NCBI GenBank assembly: GCA_965205015.1
Contig: OZ242029.1
Location: forward strand, 3,616,001-3,680,000
DNA length: 64,000 nt
Direction: 5' to 3'
Source: Candidatus Poribacteria bacterium
Lineage (GTDB): Bacteria > Poribacteria > WGA-4E > WGA-3G
The position numbers and the translations under genes were made by a program. Each line of letters starts with the position of its first letter. Position 1 is the stretch's first letter. Positions 37,225 through 46,518 of this stretch are shown here, piece after piece. The notes below the pieces were generated by a model. The model was not told the DNA's origin and searched no databases. It worked only from the letters and a program-made list of their open reading frames with translations.

Positions 37225-37626
37225 ATGAAGGTTTCACCGGGTGAGACACTCACCCGTTTTATTCGTTATGGTAGCCATTTTTCCGATGTAACTAATAGAG
37301 TTCGACCTGATGCGTTTCTCCCACATAAAAGAAGTATTGATATATCTGTGTTTCGTATATCAGAACTTACCGAAGATGAAGTATGGAAAATTGGGCAGGA
37401 ATATGTTCATACAGAAGAAAGATCCGTAAAAGCAAGAGCAGATCTTTCCGCTGCTGTTGCTTATGAGAACAGTTTCGAGGTTGTACCAGACGAGCCTCCC
37501 CACAGGCATGCAAATATTGGATCTTTTCCTGTAGATAACGGTCCCACAAATAGAAAAGCGCGTCGATCACTCGCCGCCAAACTCGCTACACTTAGCAAAT
37601 TGGTCATACCCCCTGAAGAAACTTAA
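37225..37626 (+). CDS. Small hypothetical protein, possible ADP-ribosyltransferase-like fold
   Basis: LTRF..., AF.P, ISVFR and PDEPPHRHANI motif order; AAGGA RBS; the fold call is an inference. Confidence 0.55.
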   Translation: MKVSPGETLTRFIRYGSHFSDVTNRVRPDAFLPHKRSIDISVFRISELTEDEVWKIGQEYVHTEERSVKARADLSAAVAYENSFEVVPDEPPHRHANIGSFPVDNGPTNRKARRSLAAKLATLSKLVIPPEET

Positions 37627-37656
37627 TCTCAGCTTAAACATAATTAAAAAAGATCT

Positions 37657-39123
37657 ATGTCAAACGAATCTGCAACAATCGTCCAGAAACTCTGGAATTT
37701 CTGCAACGTGCTCCGGGATGACGGGGTCAGTTACGGAGATTATGTTGAACAACTTACCTATCTGCTGTTCCTCAAACTTGCCGACGAACAGACGAAACCG
37801 CCTTTCAACAAACCCGCAACAATTCCCATAGATTTAGATTGGGAGAGCCTTCTTAACGAAAGCGGTGCCGAGTTAGAGACACAATATGTCAAAATCCTTC
37901 GAGAACTGAGCCATGCCCAAGGCTTACTCGGTGTGATTTTCCGAAAATCCCAAAACCGCATTCAAACACCTGCGAACTTGCAACGCCTTATCCACCTTAT
38001 CAACGATGAGAATTGGAGCGGGATGACTGCCGACATTAAAGGCACTATCTATGAAGGACTTCTACAGAAAAATGCCGAAGATACCAAAAGTGGAGCAGGT
38101 CAGTACTTCACACCACGTCCTCTTATCAAGGCAATGGTTACCGTGGCACGTCCCGAACCGCTGCAAACTATCTGTGATCCTGCATGTGGGACTGGGGGTT
38201 TCTTTCTCGCTGCACACGACTACATTTCCGAAAAATATAGCAGTCGGATGGATCGCGAACAGAAGGATTTCCTTAGATTTAACACATTCGCTGGCACAGA
38301 CATCGTTGATAACGTCGTCCGTCTGTGTGTGATGAATTTATACCTACACGGTATCGGGGGAATGGAAAGTCCAATTACAACCGATGATAGCCTCAGTCGA
38401 GACACTGGAGATCGCTACGACATAGTACTTACAAATCCACCGTTCGGGAACAGGAGCAGTATTACAATCGCTGCTGATGGCAGTAGAAGAAACAACGCTT
38501 CACTCACCTATGAGCGCGATGACTTCTGGGCGACAACTTCGAACAAACAATTCAATTTTCTCCAACACATCAAGACGATTCTGAAGACAGATGGACGCGC
38601 TGCTGTCGTCCTTCCAGATAATGTTCTCTTTGAACGGGGCGCGGGAGAAACAATTCGCCAGCAATTACTCAAACAGTTCGATGTGCATACACTGTTGCGA
38701 TTGCCAACCGGCATCTTTTACGCCCAAGGGGTCAAAGCGAATGTGCTTTTTTTCGATAAGAGACCGGCGCGTGAAGAACCGTGGACCCGGAAACTCTGGA
38801 TTTATGACCTGCGAACAAATAAACGCTTTACACTCAAGACGAATCCACTGCAAGACACCGATCTGCAAGATTTTATAACCGCCTACAATCCAGAGAATCG
38901 CGAGGCACGGGTTGAAACTGAGCGGTTCCGTGCCTTTAGTTACGATGAACTGATCGAACGGGAACATGTCAATCTCGACATCTTCTGGTTGAAAGAGGAT
39001 TCGCTTGAGGATGCAGCGGACCTTCCGACGCCAGATGTATTAGTCGCGGAAATCACCGAAAATTTAGAGGCGGCATTAGCGCAATTTCAATCCATCCAAG
39101 ATGAATTAGACAATAACGAATAA
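37657..39123 (+). CDS. hsdM: Type I R-M methyltransferase subunit
   Basis: KLWNFCNVLRDDG, GQYFTPR, DPACGTGGF, NPPF and LRLPTGIFY motifs. Confidence 0.96.
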   Translation: MSNESATIVQKLWNFCNVLRDDGVSYGDYVEQLTYLLFLKLADEQTKPPFNKPATIPIDLDWESLLNESGAELETQYVKILRELSHAQGLLGVIFRKSQNRIQTPANLQRLIHLINDENWSGMTADIKGTIYEGLLQKNAEDTKSGAGQYFTPRPLIKAMVTVARPEPLQTICDPACGTGGFFLAAHDYISEKYSSRMDREQKDFLRFNTFAGTDIVDNVVRLCVMNLYLHGIGGMESPITTDDSLSRDTGDRYDIVLTNPPFGNRSSITIAADGSRRNNASLTYERDDFWATTSNKQFNFLQHIKTILKTDGRAAVVLPDNVLFERGAGETIRQQLLKQFDVHTLLRLPTGIFYAQGVKANVLFFDKRPAREEPWTRKLWIYDLRTNKRFTLKTNPLQDTDLQDFITAYNPENREARVETERFRAFSYDELIEREHVNLDIFWLKEDSLEDAADLPTPDVLVAEITENLEAALAQFQSIQDELDNNE

Positions 39124-41553
39124 ATGAAGACACATTTCCTTGAAAACCTTCTCGGTTGCCCATTAGAAGGGACGCTCTCGGCAATCCCAGCGGACACGAC
39201 TGCCCTCGAAACTTTCCTGAATACACTTTCCACAGATACACTTGAAAACGACCTCACACCGCAATGGGTGGTGCTTGCGGCGGGTAAAGGCACGCGTATT
39301 GACCCTACCGGACGCTTGAGCAAAACGCTGGACATCACCTTCGGTGAACAGAACACGCTCCAGTGCTCGCGGCGTTACCTGCCCGGCACGCGTCCCGATA
39401 TTGTCGTCATTAACCCACAGATGGCAGCGCGTATTGAGAAAAATGGGGATCCGGCGCAACTGCTGGGGCCTGATGCCATTCCGTGTATCCAAGAAGAGAT
39501 GAACGGCACAGGGGGTGCCCTGCAAGCGGCACTGCCCGCACTCCAAGCGTCCGACGCAGAATGGATCGGGGTCGCATTCGGCGATGAACCCTTTTTGGAT
39601 CGCGAGGTTTTCGCACAGACGCTGCTCTCCCACTTCATTTCTGGCGCGGATGTTACCCTCTGCGGCAAGGTCCCTGAAACGGTTGTGGATAAGGGGGGAC
39701 TCTTTTTCGATGTGGATGGAGGACTCACCGGGACCAAAGAGTGGTACGACATGACAGCGGCGGAAAAACAGGAGATGTGGGACCGGTGGCATCGCGGGGA
39801 AGCGTATACCAATACGGGTATCACACTGATTCGGAAGAGCGCGTTGATAGATCGGATATATCGGTTGCAACCCCACACAAACCGAAACGATGAACTCCAC
39901 CACGTTGATCTGATCCGACACTGTTATGAGGATGGATTGAAAACCAATGCTTTCATCTATCGCGGGGACGTGCTGTCAGGCGTTAACCGCTGGTCGAACG
40001 TGCTATCGGGTGAAGCGGCACTGTTTGCGGAGACGCGGGAATCTCTCGCAAGGAAAGGCGTTCGCGTTGACCCCACCGCACAGATCACGTTGGGCAGTGA
40101 AGACATTGAGATCGGGACGGCGTGCTATCTCCTCGGCAGGGTCCATCTCGGTGAAAAGGTTCGGATCGGGGATTACTGTCGACTTGAAAATGCTACGCTC
40201 CTCGGAGCGACAACGGTCGGAGATGCGGTTGGATTGCAGAACGTCACTGCCAACGATACAACGTTTGAAGCGAATCTACTCCCTGAAAGGTTAGCAGCAC
40301 CTGTTCGGGGGCTTGCGACAGGGAGTACGATAGAAAATAGCACTTTCGATGCGGTGAATGTGGGAAACAACGTCCAACTTTCATCCATTGTGGCGTGTGG
40401 GACGGTGATTCCTTCTGATATTGTCTTGTCACATCGGACACTCGGGGTCCCACCAGCGCACTCCCCCTCTGCTGTGCCAAAATCACTTTTCGAGCAGGTT
40501 GTAACAGACGCGTATATCCCTGGGGTTTTCACCTTCGGTGAGAAAAAAGGGTTGCCGGATTGGGAGAATTTGCGACACCATGTTCAATCTCACAGTGCGA
40601 CGGAATTGATCCCACGTGCGACGCGTAACCCACAATTGCAACAAGCGGCGTGCGCCGCGGTAGAAACACTTTTGGATCTTCGAGGCGCCGCTGGCGATTT
40701 TCTCATCGAATCCCTCACGCCAGAAGAACTCTGGGGCAGTATCTTTGAGATGGTTACGCTTTACACCGGCAATCCGAACCCCTACCACCACGATAAATTG
40801 AAAGCCCGACAGACGGCACTCGCACTCCTCCCCGAGTTTTGGAAAGACGATTGGTTAACCCGTTTGAAGGTGGTCGTCGCAGGCAATATTATCGATTACA
40901 GCAGTGAACGGGTTGTCAAAAAATTGAAAGCCAATCCTGATTATTTTTCTGAATCGCTCCGTGCGGCGGTTGACACCTCTTTTTCTATCGACTGTTATAA
41001 AGTATTCCGCGAAAAGGTGATTGACGCGGCACCGCAGGAGATCCTTTGGCTTGCCGACAACGATGGAGAGGTGATTTTTGACATCGCCTTCATTCAGGAA
41101 CTCGTGAAGTGTGGACACCGTATCGTTATTGTTGGAAAAGTGGACAACGCCAGTAACGATGCGACGGTCGCAGATTTACAGGAAATCGTGAGGTATCCGC
41201 AATTCCAAGAAGTCCAGACGGCGATACAAGAAGGGATTGTGAAATTGATGTCGTCCGGCGCGAAGACGATCGGGACGAATCTCTATCAGGGGACGCCTGA
41301 ATTTTTCAATGCATTGTTGGAGGCAGACCTCGTTATTTCAAAAGGACAAGGAAACTTTTTTACAACGCCGGGTTGGGCGAAAGACACATTTTACTTGCTG
41401 CTTTCCAAAGGTGTAACAGCGGAGCAGAGCACAGGCGTTGTTGCAGATCGGAATTTGTTGATTGACGGGCTTATTTTGGCTTACGTCCCGGGTGGAACGA
41501 AGCGGCACACGCCCCTCCGGCGTATCTGCCAAAAACAGACAAGTGGACATTAA
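39124..41553 (+). CDS. Fusion of a GlmU-like nucleotidyltransferase, a left-handed beta helix and a DUF89/ARMT1 damage-control phosphatase
   Basis: LAAGKGTR, GTGGA, GDEP, NTG and GVN; hexapeptide repeats; AGNIID, DNDGE, NDAT and SKGQGN. Confidence 0.8.
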   Translation: MKTHFLENLLGCPLEGTLSAIPADTTALETFLNTLSTDTLENDLTPQWVVLAAGKGTRIDPTGRLSKTLDITFGEQNTLQCSRRYLPGTRPDIVVINPQMAARIEKNGDPAQLLGPDAIPCIQEEMNGTGGALQAALPALQASDAEWIGVAFGDEPFLDREVFAQTLLSHFISGADVTLCGKVPETVVDKGGLFFDVDGGLTGTKEWYDMTAAEKQEMWDRWHRGEAYTNTGITLIRKSALIDRIYRLQPHTNRNDELHHVDLIRHCYEDGLKTNAFIYRGDVLSGVNRWSNVLSGEAALFAETRESLARKGVRVDPTAQITLGSEDIEIGTACYLLGRVHLGEKVRIGDYCRLENATLLGATTVGDAVGLQNVTANDTTFEANLLPERLAAPVRGLATGSTIENSTFDAVNVGNNVQLSSIVACGTVIPSDIVLSHRTLGVPPAHSPSAVPKSLFEQVVTDAYIPGVFTFGEKKGLPDWENLRHHVQSHSATELIPRATRNPQLQQAACAAVETLLDLRGAAGDFLIESLTPEELWGSIFEMVTLYTGNPNPYHHDKLKARQTALALLPEFWKDDWLTRLKVVVAGNIIDYSSERVVKKLKANPDYFSESLRAAVDTSFSIDCYKVFREKVIDAAPQEILWLADNDGEVIFDIAFIQELVKCGHRIVIVGKVDNASNDATVADLQEIVRYPQFQEVQTAIQEGIVKLMSSGAKTIGTNLYQGTPEFFNALLEADLVISKGQGNFFTTPGWAKDTFYLLLSKGVTAEQSTGVVADRNLLIDGLILAYVPGGTKRHTPLRRICQKQTSGH

Positions 41554-41612
41554 AGCACACTGGAAATTTCAAAAACGTTGGAGAGAACTCGACTGGTAAA
41601 ACCTAATTCGCA

Positions 41613-42947
41613 TCAATCCCTTGCTGTTACTCTGGAAATCGTGAATTCCCGTTTGCCTGAAGTGGGGAGTGGGATCTCCTTTACAAATTTCACCGTGACA
41701 ATGACATCAGCACCGAGTGCCTCCTGAATCTTCTGGACCATGTGTCGGCGCGCCGCTTCTGTCCACTGTGTGTTAATGACCACCTTCAAGACACAGTGTC
41801 TCAAGGTTTCTTGGATCAGTTGGAACTGCTCGAGACCGATGACATTATAGAATTGTTGCGTGAAGTAACCGGCGTGTATCAATGTGCCGGTTCTCGTTTG
41901 GAAGGTAGCCGTGCTACGTCCGAGAAGTTCCGCCAAAACCGGTAAGTGATTCCCACATGGGCATGCCTCGTCGGAGAGGCGGCCGATGTCTCCAATCCGA
42001 TACCGAATAAACGGCATTGCGTAGTTATTGAGTTGCGTGATGAGGATGTCCCCCGGTTCGGCATAAGGGTCAGGACTGTCTATCTCCAGGTAGAGGTCGT
42101 GGCAGTTGATATGCAGGCGTCCCTCTGCACATTCCATGGCGATTAATCCGACCTCGCGTCCGCCGTATCGGTTGTAAACTTTTGTGCTAAAAATAGTTTC
42201 CGCCAAATCGCGGTAGTGTGGCTGCAGCATCTCCGCCGAGGAGATAATTCCTTTCAAGCCCCACCTGGGCTTTAGGCCGTTCTCGAAAATGAATCTCGCG
42301 AACTGATAAAGCGATGAAGGGTAAGCGAGAATTGTTTGCGGAGGGGATTTGTCCATCTTCTGAAGGGTCGTCCGCATCCTTAGGTCTGTGAGATGAAAAC
42401 CGTTGAGCCAATAGTGATTCCGCCAAAAATTGTTCAATTGATGTTTCCAATCTCGAGCGGTTCCCATATCTGAGAGGGCACCCCAGATAATCAATTGGCG
42501 TTCACCGAAATCCCAGCCCGCCCATCGGTCGAAATAGTAGGCGCTCAAGTTTCGTTGATTCCAGTAATTCCTGTCCTGATAGAAGATAAGGGGTTCCCCT
42601 GTTGAGCCACCCGTCGCGTTTTTGATACGGTGCTTCTGCGGAACCGCTTCAGAGCAGAGACGCTCCAATTGCTCACGAATGTTCCTTTTCTCAAGCGTCG
42701 GAATTTGTGAAATATCTGGGGATTCTACTTCGAACAATTCACGGTAATAAGGGGTTGTTTGATACGCGTGCCGGAGGAGTTTTTCCAGTCGCACTCTCTG
42801 GAAGGCTAAGATGTCCGCGCGCGGTGCGTTGAGTAACGCAGTCGTTTTTGAAAGTTGCGAACGGTAACGGATCCCTTTGCGGTAGGTATTGTAGGCGTTC
42901 CATGCCGCCTTTGACATCAACTTTTTGGTAGTAGAACGGATTGGCAT
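41613..42947 (-). CDS. Phenylacetate-CoA ligase/CapK-like adenylate-forming protein
   Basis: TGGSTGEP, AYPSSL, YGGREVG, MPFIRYRIGD and SGK motifs. Confidence 0.88.
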   Translation of the reverse strand: MPIRSTTKKLMSKAAWNAYNTYRKGIRYRSQLSKTTALLNAPRADILAFQRVRLEKLLRHAYQTTPYYRELFEVESPDISQIPTLEKRNIREQLERLCSEAVPQKHRIKNATGGSTGEPLIFYQDRNYWNQRNLSAYYFDRWAGWDFGERQLIIWGALSDMGTARDWKHQLNNFWRNHYWLNGFHLTDLRMRTTLQKMDKSPPQTILAYPSSLYQFARFIFENGLKPRWGLKGIISSAEMLQPHYRDLAETIFSTKVYNRYGGREVGLIAMECAEGRLHINCHDLYLEIDSPDPYAEPGDILITQLNNYAMPFIRYRIGDIGRLSDEACPCGNHLPVLAELLGRSTATFQTRTGTLIHAGYFTQQFYNVIGLEQFQLIQETLRHCVLKVVINTQWTEAARRHMVQKIQEALGADVIVTVKFVKEIPLPTSGKREFTISRVTARD

Positions 42948-42950
42948 AAT

Positions 42951-44432
42951 TTATGGTCTCAGCGGATCAATATGCGGTGAATATCCTGACGGGAACTGAT
43001 CGCTCACGGAACGACCATCTTGAAACAGTTGTCCGGCATCTGGATTTTCAGGTTCGACTGGTGATGGGAAATCGCGCCACTTCTTGCCGTCGAGTGGACG
43101 TTCATAGCCATCCTCACGGAACCATTCAATCAATCGCTGTCGATAGACGTTGAGTGTTTTACCGTATGCGGGATTACCGGCGAGGCTGCGGTCATCAAGC
43201 CTTCCGGGGAACCGTCTGAAAAGCCACTCCTGTCGATCGGCGGCAGAATAGATGTATTTATATTCCCCCGTCAAGAGCATATAGAGTCCTGTACCTTCCT
43301 GTCCCAATTGTCCGACAATCGCATCTCGTTGTGTATTACCGGTGGCGACATCGGCAAGATCCGTGCCGCTTCGATCTGCCTGCAGTGGTAGGTCGGCTGC
43401 TCCGAGACAGGTTGGAAGGACATCCACCAGACTGGTCGGTGTGTCGCACTGTGTGTTTGCGGCAAATCGTTCAGGATAACGGACCAGTAGCGGAATCCGA
43501 GCCGCCGCGTCCAAGAACGATCGTTTTCCATAGCAGTCGTAGTCGCCGAGCAATTCACCGTGATCGGACGTGTATAAGATGAGCGTATTGTCCAATTCAT
43601 CCTCCGATTCGAGGTGGTCAAGGATGCGTCCGACTTGACAGTCGATGAAGGAAATCGCGGCGTAGTAAGCGGCTCGCATCGTCCGAAGAAGGTTCATATC
43701 CCGCCCTTGGTCCCGGTACTTATACCGATTTTGGTGTCGGTTCCAGTAGGTATGCAGATGCTCATAATCTGTGGGAAGGAACGGCAGTGGCATTTCAACC
43801 GAACGATAAAGTCGATTCCACGGCACTGGGGATTCAAACGGCGGATGCGGCTTGATGAAACTGCTCCAACACAGAAAGGGACGCTGCTTATCGCGTCCAG
43901 AGAGGAATTCCAGTGTTTTATCACCGACCCACTGCGTGTGGTGTAAACGGGCAGGCAGTTGTGAAGGTTGTGGGATATAGTAGTATTCGCTCCGTTCGCC
44001 GTGTGGTGCGACGATATGGTCGTAGCCGTTCTCACTCAGAAACTCGGTGAAATCATCGGGACCGGGACCCTCTTCGGAATAGTCTCGCGTTTCGAACCCC
44101 CACATCTTGCGTCCCTGCGGCGAAAAGTGCATTTTACCGATACCGTGTGTTTGGTAACCTACCTCGTTGAGCATTTCCATCACTGAAACGCGGTCCTGCG
44201 GCATTGGTGAATTGTTTGTGCATCCCGTTTCGTGTGCCCACTGACCGAGCAGGAAACTACAACGGGAGGCTACGCATACAGGAGATGGACAATATGCTGA
44301 CGTGAAACTCGTGCCCTCCCGGACAATACGATTGAGGCCTGGGGTTTGGATGATCGGATTTCCAAGCGCACCGATCGTATCAAAACGTTGCTGGTCTGTC
44401 ATCAGAAAGATGATATTGGGTTGTTTCGCCAT
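42951..44432 (-). CDS. Sulfatase (formylglycine-dependent, choline-sulfatase-like)
   Basis: PNIIFLMTDQ, CVASR signature, GKMH, KPHPP and SDHG motifs. Confidence 0.92.
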   Translation of the reverse strand: MAKQPNIIFLMTDQQRFDTIGALGNPIIQTPGLNRIVREGTSFTSAYCPSPVCVASRCSFLLGQWAHETGCTNNSPMPQDRVSVMEMLNEVGYQTHGIGKMHFSPQGRKMWGFETRDYSEEGPGPDDFTEFLSENGYDHIVAPHGERSEYYYIPQPSQLPARLHHTQWVGDKTLEFLSGRDKQRPFLCWSSFIKPHPPFESPVPWNRLYRSVEMPLPFLPTDYEHLHTYWNRHQNRYKYRDQGRDMNLLRTMRAAYYAAISFIDCQVGRILDHLESEDELDNTLILYTSDHGELLGDYDCYGKRSFLDAAARIPLLVRYPERFAANTQCDTPTSLVDVLPTCLGAADLPLQADRSGTDLADVATGNTQRDAIVGQLGQEGTGLYMLLTGEYKYIYSAADRQEWLFRRFPGRLDDRSLAGNPAYGKTLNVYRQRLIEWFREDGYERPLDGKKWRDFPSPVEPENPDAGQLFQDGRSVSDQFPSGYSPHIDPLRP

Positions 44433-44632
44433 GAGGAGTTCTGGTCCTTTAACCTAAAAAAGGCTTGGGTTCGTAGAAGAAGTCATAAGGAAAGCATATC
44501 ATTTTTCCAAAGAAAATGCAACCCCTCAACTTACCTTTCAACTTGACATTGAAACTCAGAAGTGATATTATTCTACATAAGAGGTCTTAAAGGACGACGC
44601 AAGATGGAAAAACATTCTTGAGGACGCATCAG

Positions 44633-45238
44633 ATGGCTTATAGCAACTTTACCTTAGAGTCGGTGGTGGCGACATTCCAATTAGAAAGGATTGAAGTCGA
44701 CAACATCTTTTCAGAAACAGAGCCTGTGGTACCGAGCAGCCACCTTACCCGCGCGTTGGCGAGAAACGTGTCGTTAGCGGTCGCTATAGGAACAGAGAAA
44801 GCACGTTCAGAAATGATTGTTGCTGAAATCCTTGTAGAACTCCGCGAACACTATGATCGACGTATCAGTCTTTTTTCGGGAATTGATTTCAGCGTTGATG
44901 CCGAAAAAGGCTTAATTGGGGTGTGTGACTTTTTAGTGAGTTTGTCACCGGTACAATTTTCTTTGGAGGCACCTATTATCGTGCTGGTTGAGGCAAAAAA
45001 CGCGGAGCCGAAACTTGGGTTAGGTCAGTGTGTTGCTGAGATGATTGCTGCACAACGCTTTAATGCTGAAAGAGAAAATGACATTCCATGCATTTATGGT
45101 GCTTCTACTACAGGCACTGAGTGGTACTTCCTCAAATTGGAAGGGCAGAAACTCCACATTGATATGGCAGACTATCAGATCGTGCAGTGCGACAAAATTC
45201 TGGGTATTCTCTCTGGAATGGTCTCGCAAAAAGTGTGA
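44633..45238 (+). CDS. Hypothetical PD-(D/E)XK nuclease-like protein
   Basis: EKARSE, G.CDF, VEAK, GQC.AEM.AAQ.FN and G..TTG..W.F; TTGACA promoter-like site near 44543. Confidence 0.7.
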   Translation: MAYSNFTLESVVATFQLERIEVDNIFSETEPVVPSSHLTRALARNVSLAVAIGTEKARSEMIVAEILVELREHYDRRISLFSGIDFSVDAEKGLIGVCDFLVSLSPVQFSLEAPIIVLVEAKNAEPKLGLGQCVAEMIAAQRFNAERENDIPCIYGASTTGTEWYFLKLEGQKLHIDMADYQIVQCDKILGILSGMVSQKV

Positions 45239-45292
45239 GGACCGCTTACAGGAAAAAGGAATCTCAAGTCTTCCTTAAAAACACCAAAACAG

Positions 45293-45490
45293 ATGCAGAA
45301 ATGGTATGAAAACAGAAAACTCCTGAACACCTTCATCGCTTTAATGTGTGTCAGTTTTATCGCTTACTTTTTCTTTCACTGGAAATGGGGATTGCCCCTG
45401 TTCCTGTGCAGCGGCACGGCAATTATGGTGAGAGGCGTGGTAAAAATTACGATGCGCATGCGAAGGAGAAAAAGACGCAAGGAACAATAA
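45293..45490 (+). CDS. Small two-TM membrane protein
   Basis: Two hydrophobic segments and a basic tail; fills the gap before the Tat enzyme gene. Confidence 0.5.
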   Translation: MQKWYENRKLLNTFIALMCVSFIAYFFFHWKWGLPLFLCSGTAIMVRGVVKITMRMRRRKRRKEQ

Positions 45491-45494
45491 AAAA

Positions 45495-46487
45495 ATGAAG
45501 AGACGAACGTTCATAAAACTGAGCGCGATTAGTGCAGCGGGAATGGTCCTGCCCCTTCAATTGGAAGGAGATGTGGCAGCGGTGCCACGACTGAAGCCGA
45601 GCACACTGATAACCCCGAATGCCGACTTCTATATCCTACAGATCGGAGATCCTGTTACGCTTGACGCGGCGACATGGCGATTGCCAATCACCGGGCTCAT
45701 CGAAAAACGGATACCCCCGCTGCGACTCGAAGAGATTACGGCGATGGAATCCGTCACAGCGATGCGAACGCTGAAGTGTATCGGTGACCCGATCGGCACA
45801 GAACAGATGAGCAATGCGGTGTGGAAAGGCATTCGGTTGCGCGATCTACTTGAGAGGGTCGGACCCAAACCAGAAGCGAAAGTGGTCGTTTTCCGGTGTG
45901 CCGACGGCTATCACACAGCGATTCCGTTGGAAAAGGCGATGCGGGAAGAGACGCTGCTCGCTTATGAAATGAACGATGAACCGCTACCGACTGAGCACGG
46001 CTTCCCCGTCCGATTGCTGAATCCGGGTCATTACGGTACGAAAAATCCGAAATGGATCATCAACATCCAGTTGGCGGAGGAACACGAAAGTTATTGGGAG
46101 AAACGGGGATGGGATCCGATCGCGAATGTGAAACTCGCCACAATGATTGGCACACCGAGTGAAGGCGAGGAGATTCCTGGCGGCACAGTCTATACCGTAA
46201 GCGGGGCAGCGTTCGATGCCGGCAACCACGGCGGTATCCAGAAGGTAGAAGTGAGTATCGACTACGGTCAGACTTGGGAAGAAGCAGAAATTTGGGCGAA
46301 AGATACCCTGCTTGCGTGGGTACTCTGGAAATGGGAGTGGCAGGTTCCTGAAAAATCGGAACCTGTTGAGATTTACGCCAGAGCCACCGGCAACAGTGGT
46401 GTTACGCAGGACGAAATCGGGATCGAAGTAGAACCGGTCGGCGCGATAGGCTATCACATGATTGACGCCGAGATTGTGATGCCGTAA
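45495..46487 (+). CDS. Tat-exported molybdopterin oxidoreductase (sulfite oxidase family)
   Basis: KRRTFIK Tat motif; LKCIG, W.G..L.DLL, HGFPVRL..PG.YG.K..KW; C-terminal dimerisation domain. Confidence 0.9.
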   Translation: MKRRTFIKLSAISAAGMVLPLQLEGDVAAVPRLKPSTLITPNADFYILQIGDPVTLDAATWRLPITGLIEKRIPPLRLEEITAMESVTAMRTLKCIGDPIGTEQMSNAVWKGIRLRDLLERVGPKPEAKVVVFRCADGYHTAIPLEKAMREETLLAYEMNDEPLPTEHGFPVRLLNPGHYGTKNPKWIINIQLAEEHESYWEKRGWDPIANVKLATMIGTPSEGEEIPGGTVYTVSGAAFDAGNHGGIQKVEVSIDYGQTWEEAEIWAKDTLLAWVLWKWEWQVPEKSEPVEIYARATGNSGVTQDEIGIEVEPVGAIGYHMIDAEIVMP

Positions 46488-46518
46488 TGTAGGAGGGGTT
46501 TTCAACCCCGATGCCTTA

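Noticed and set aside
30900-39123. R-M locus as a prophage or integrative element
   Set aside because: No integrase, transposase, att repeats, tRNA or phage genes are visible
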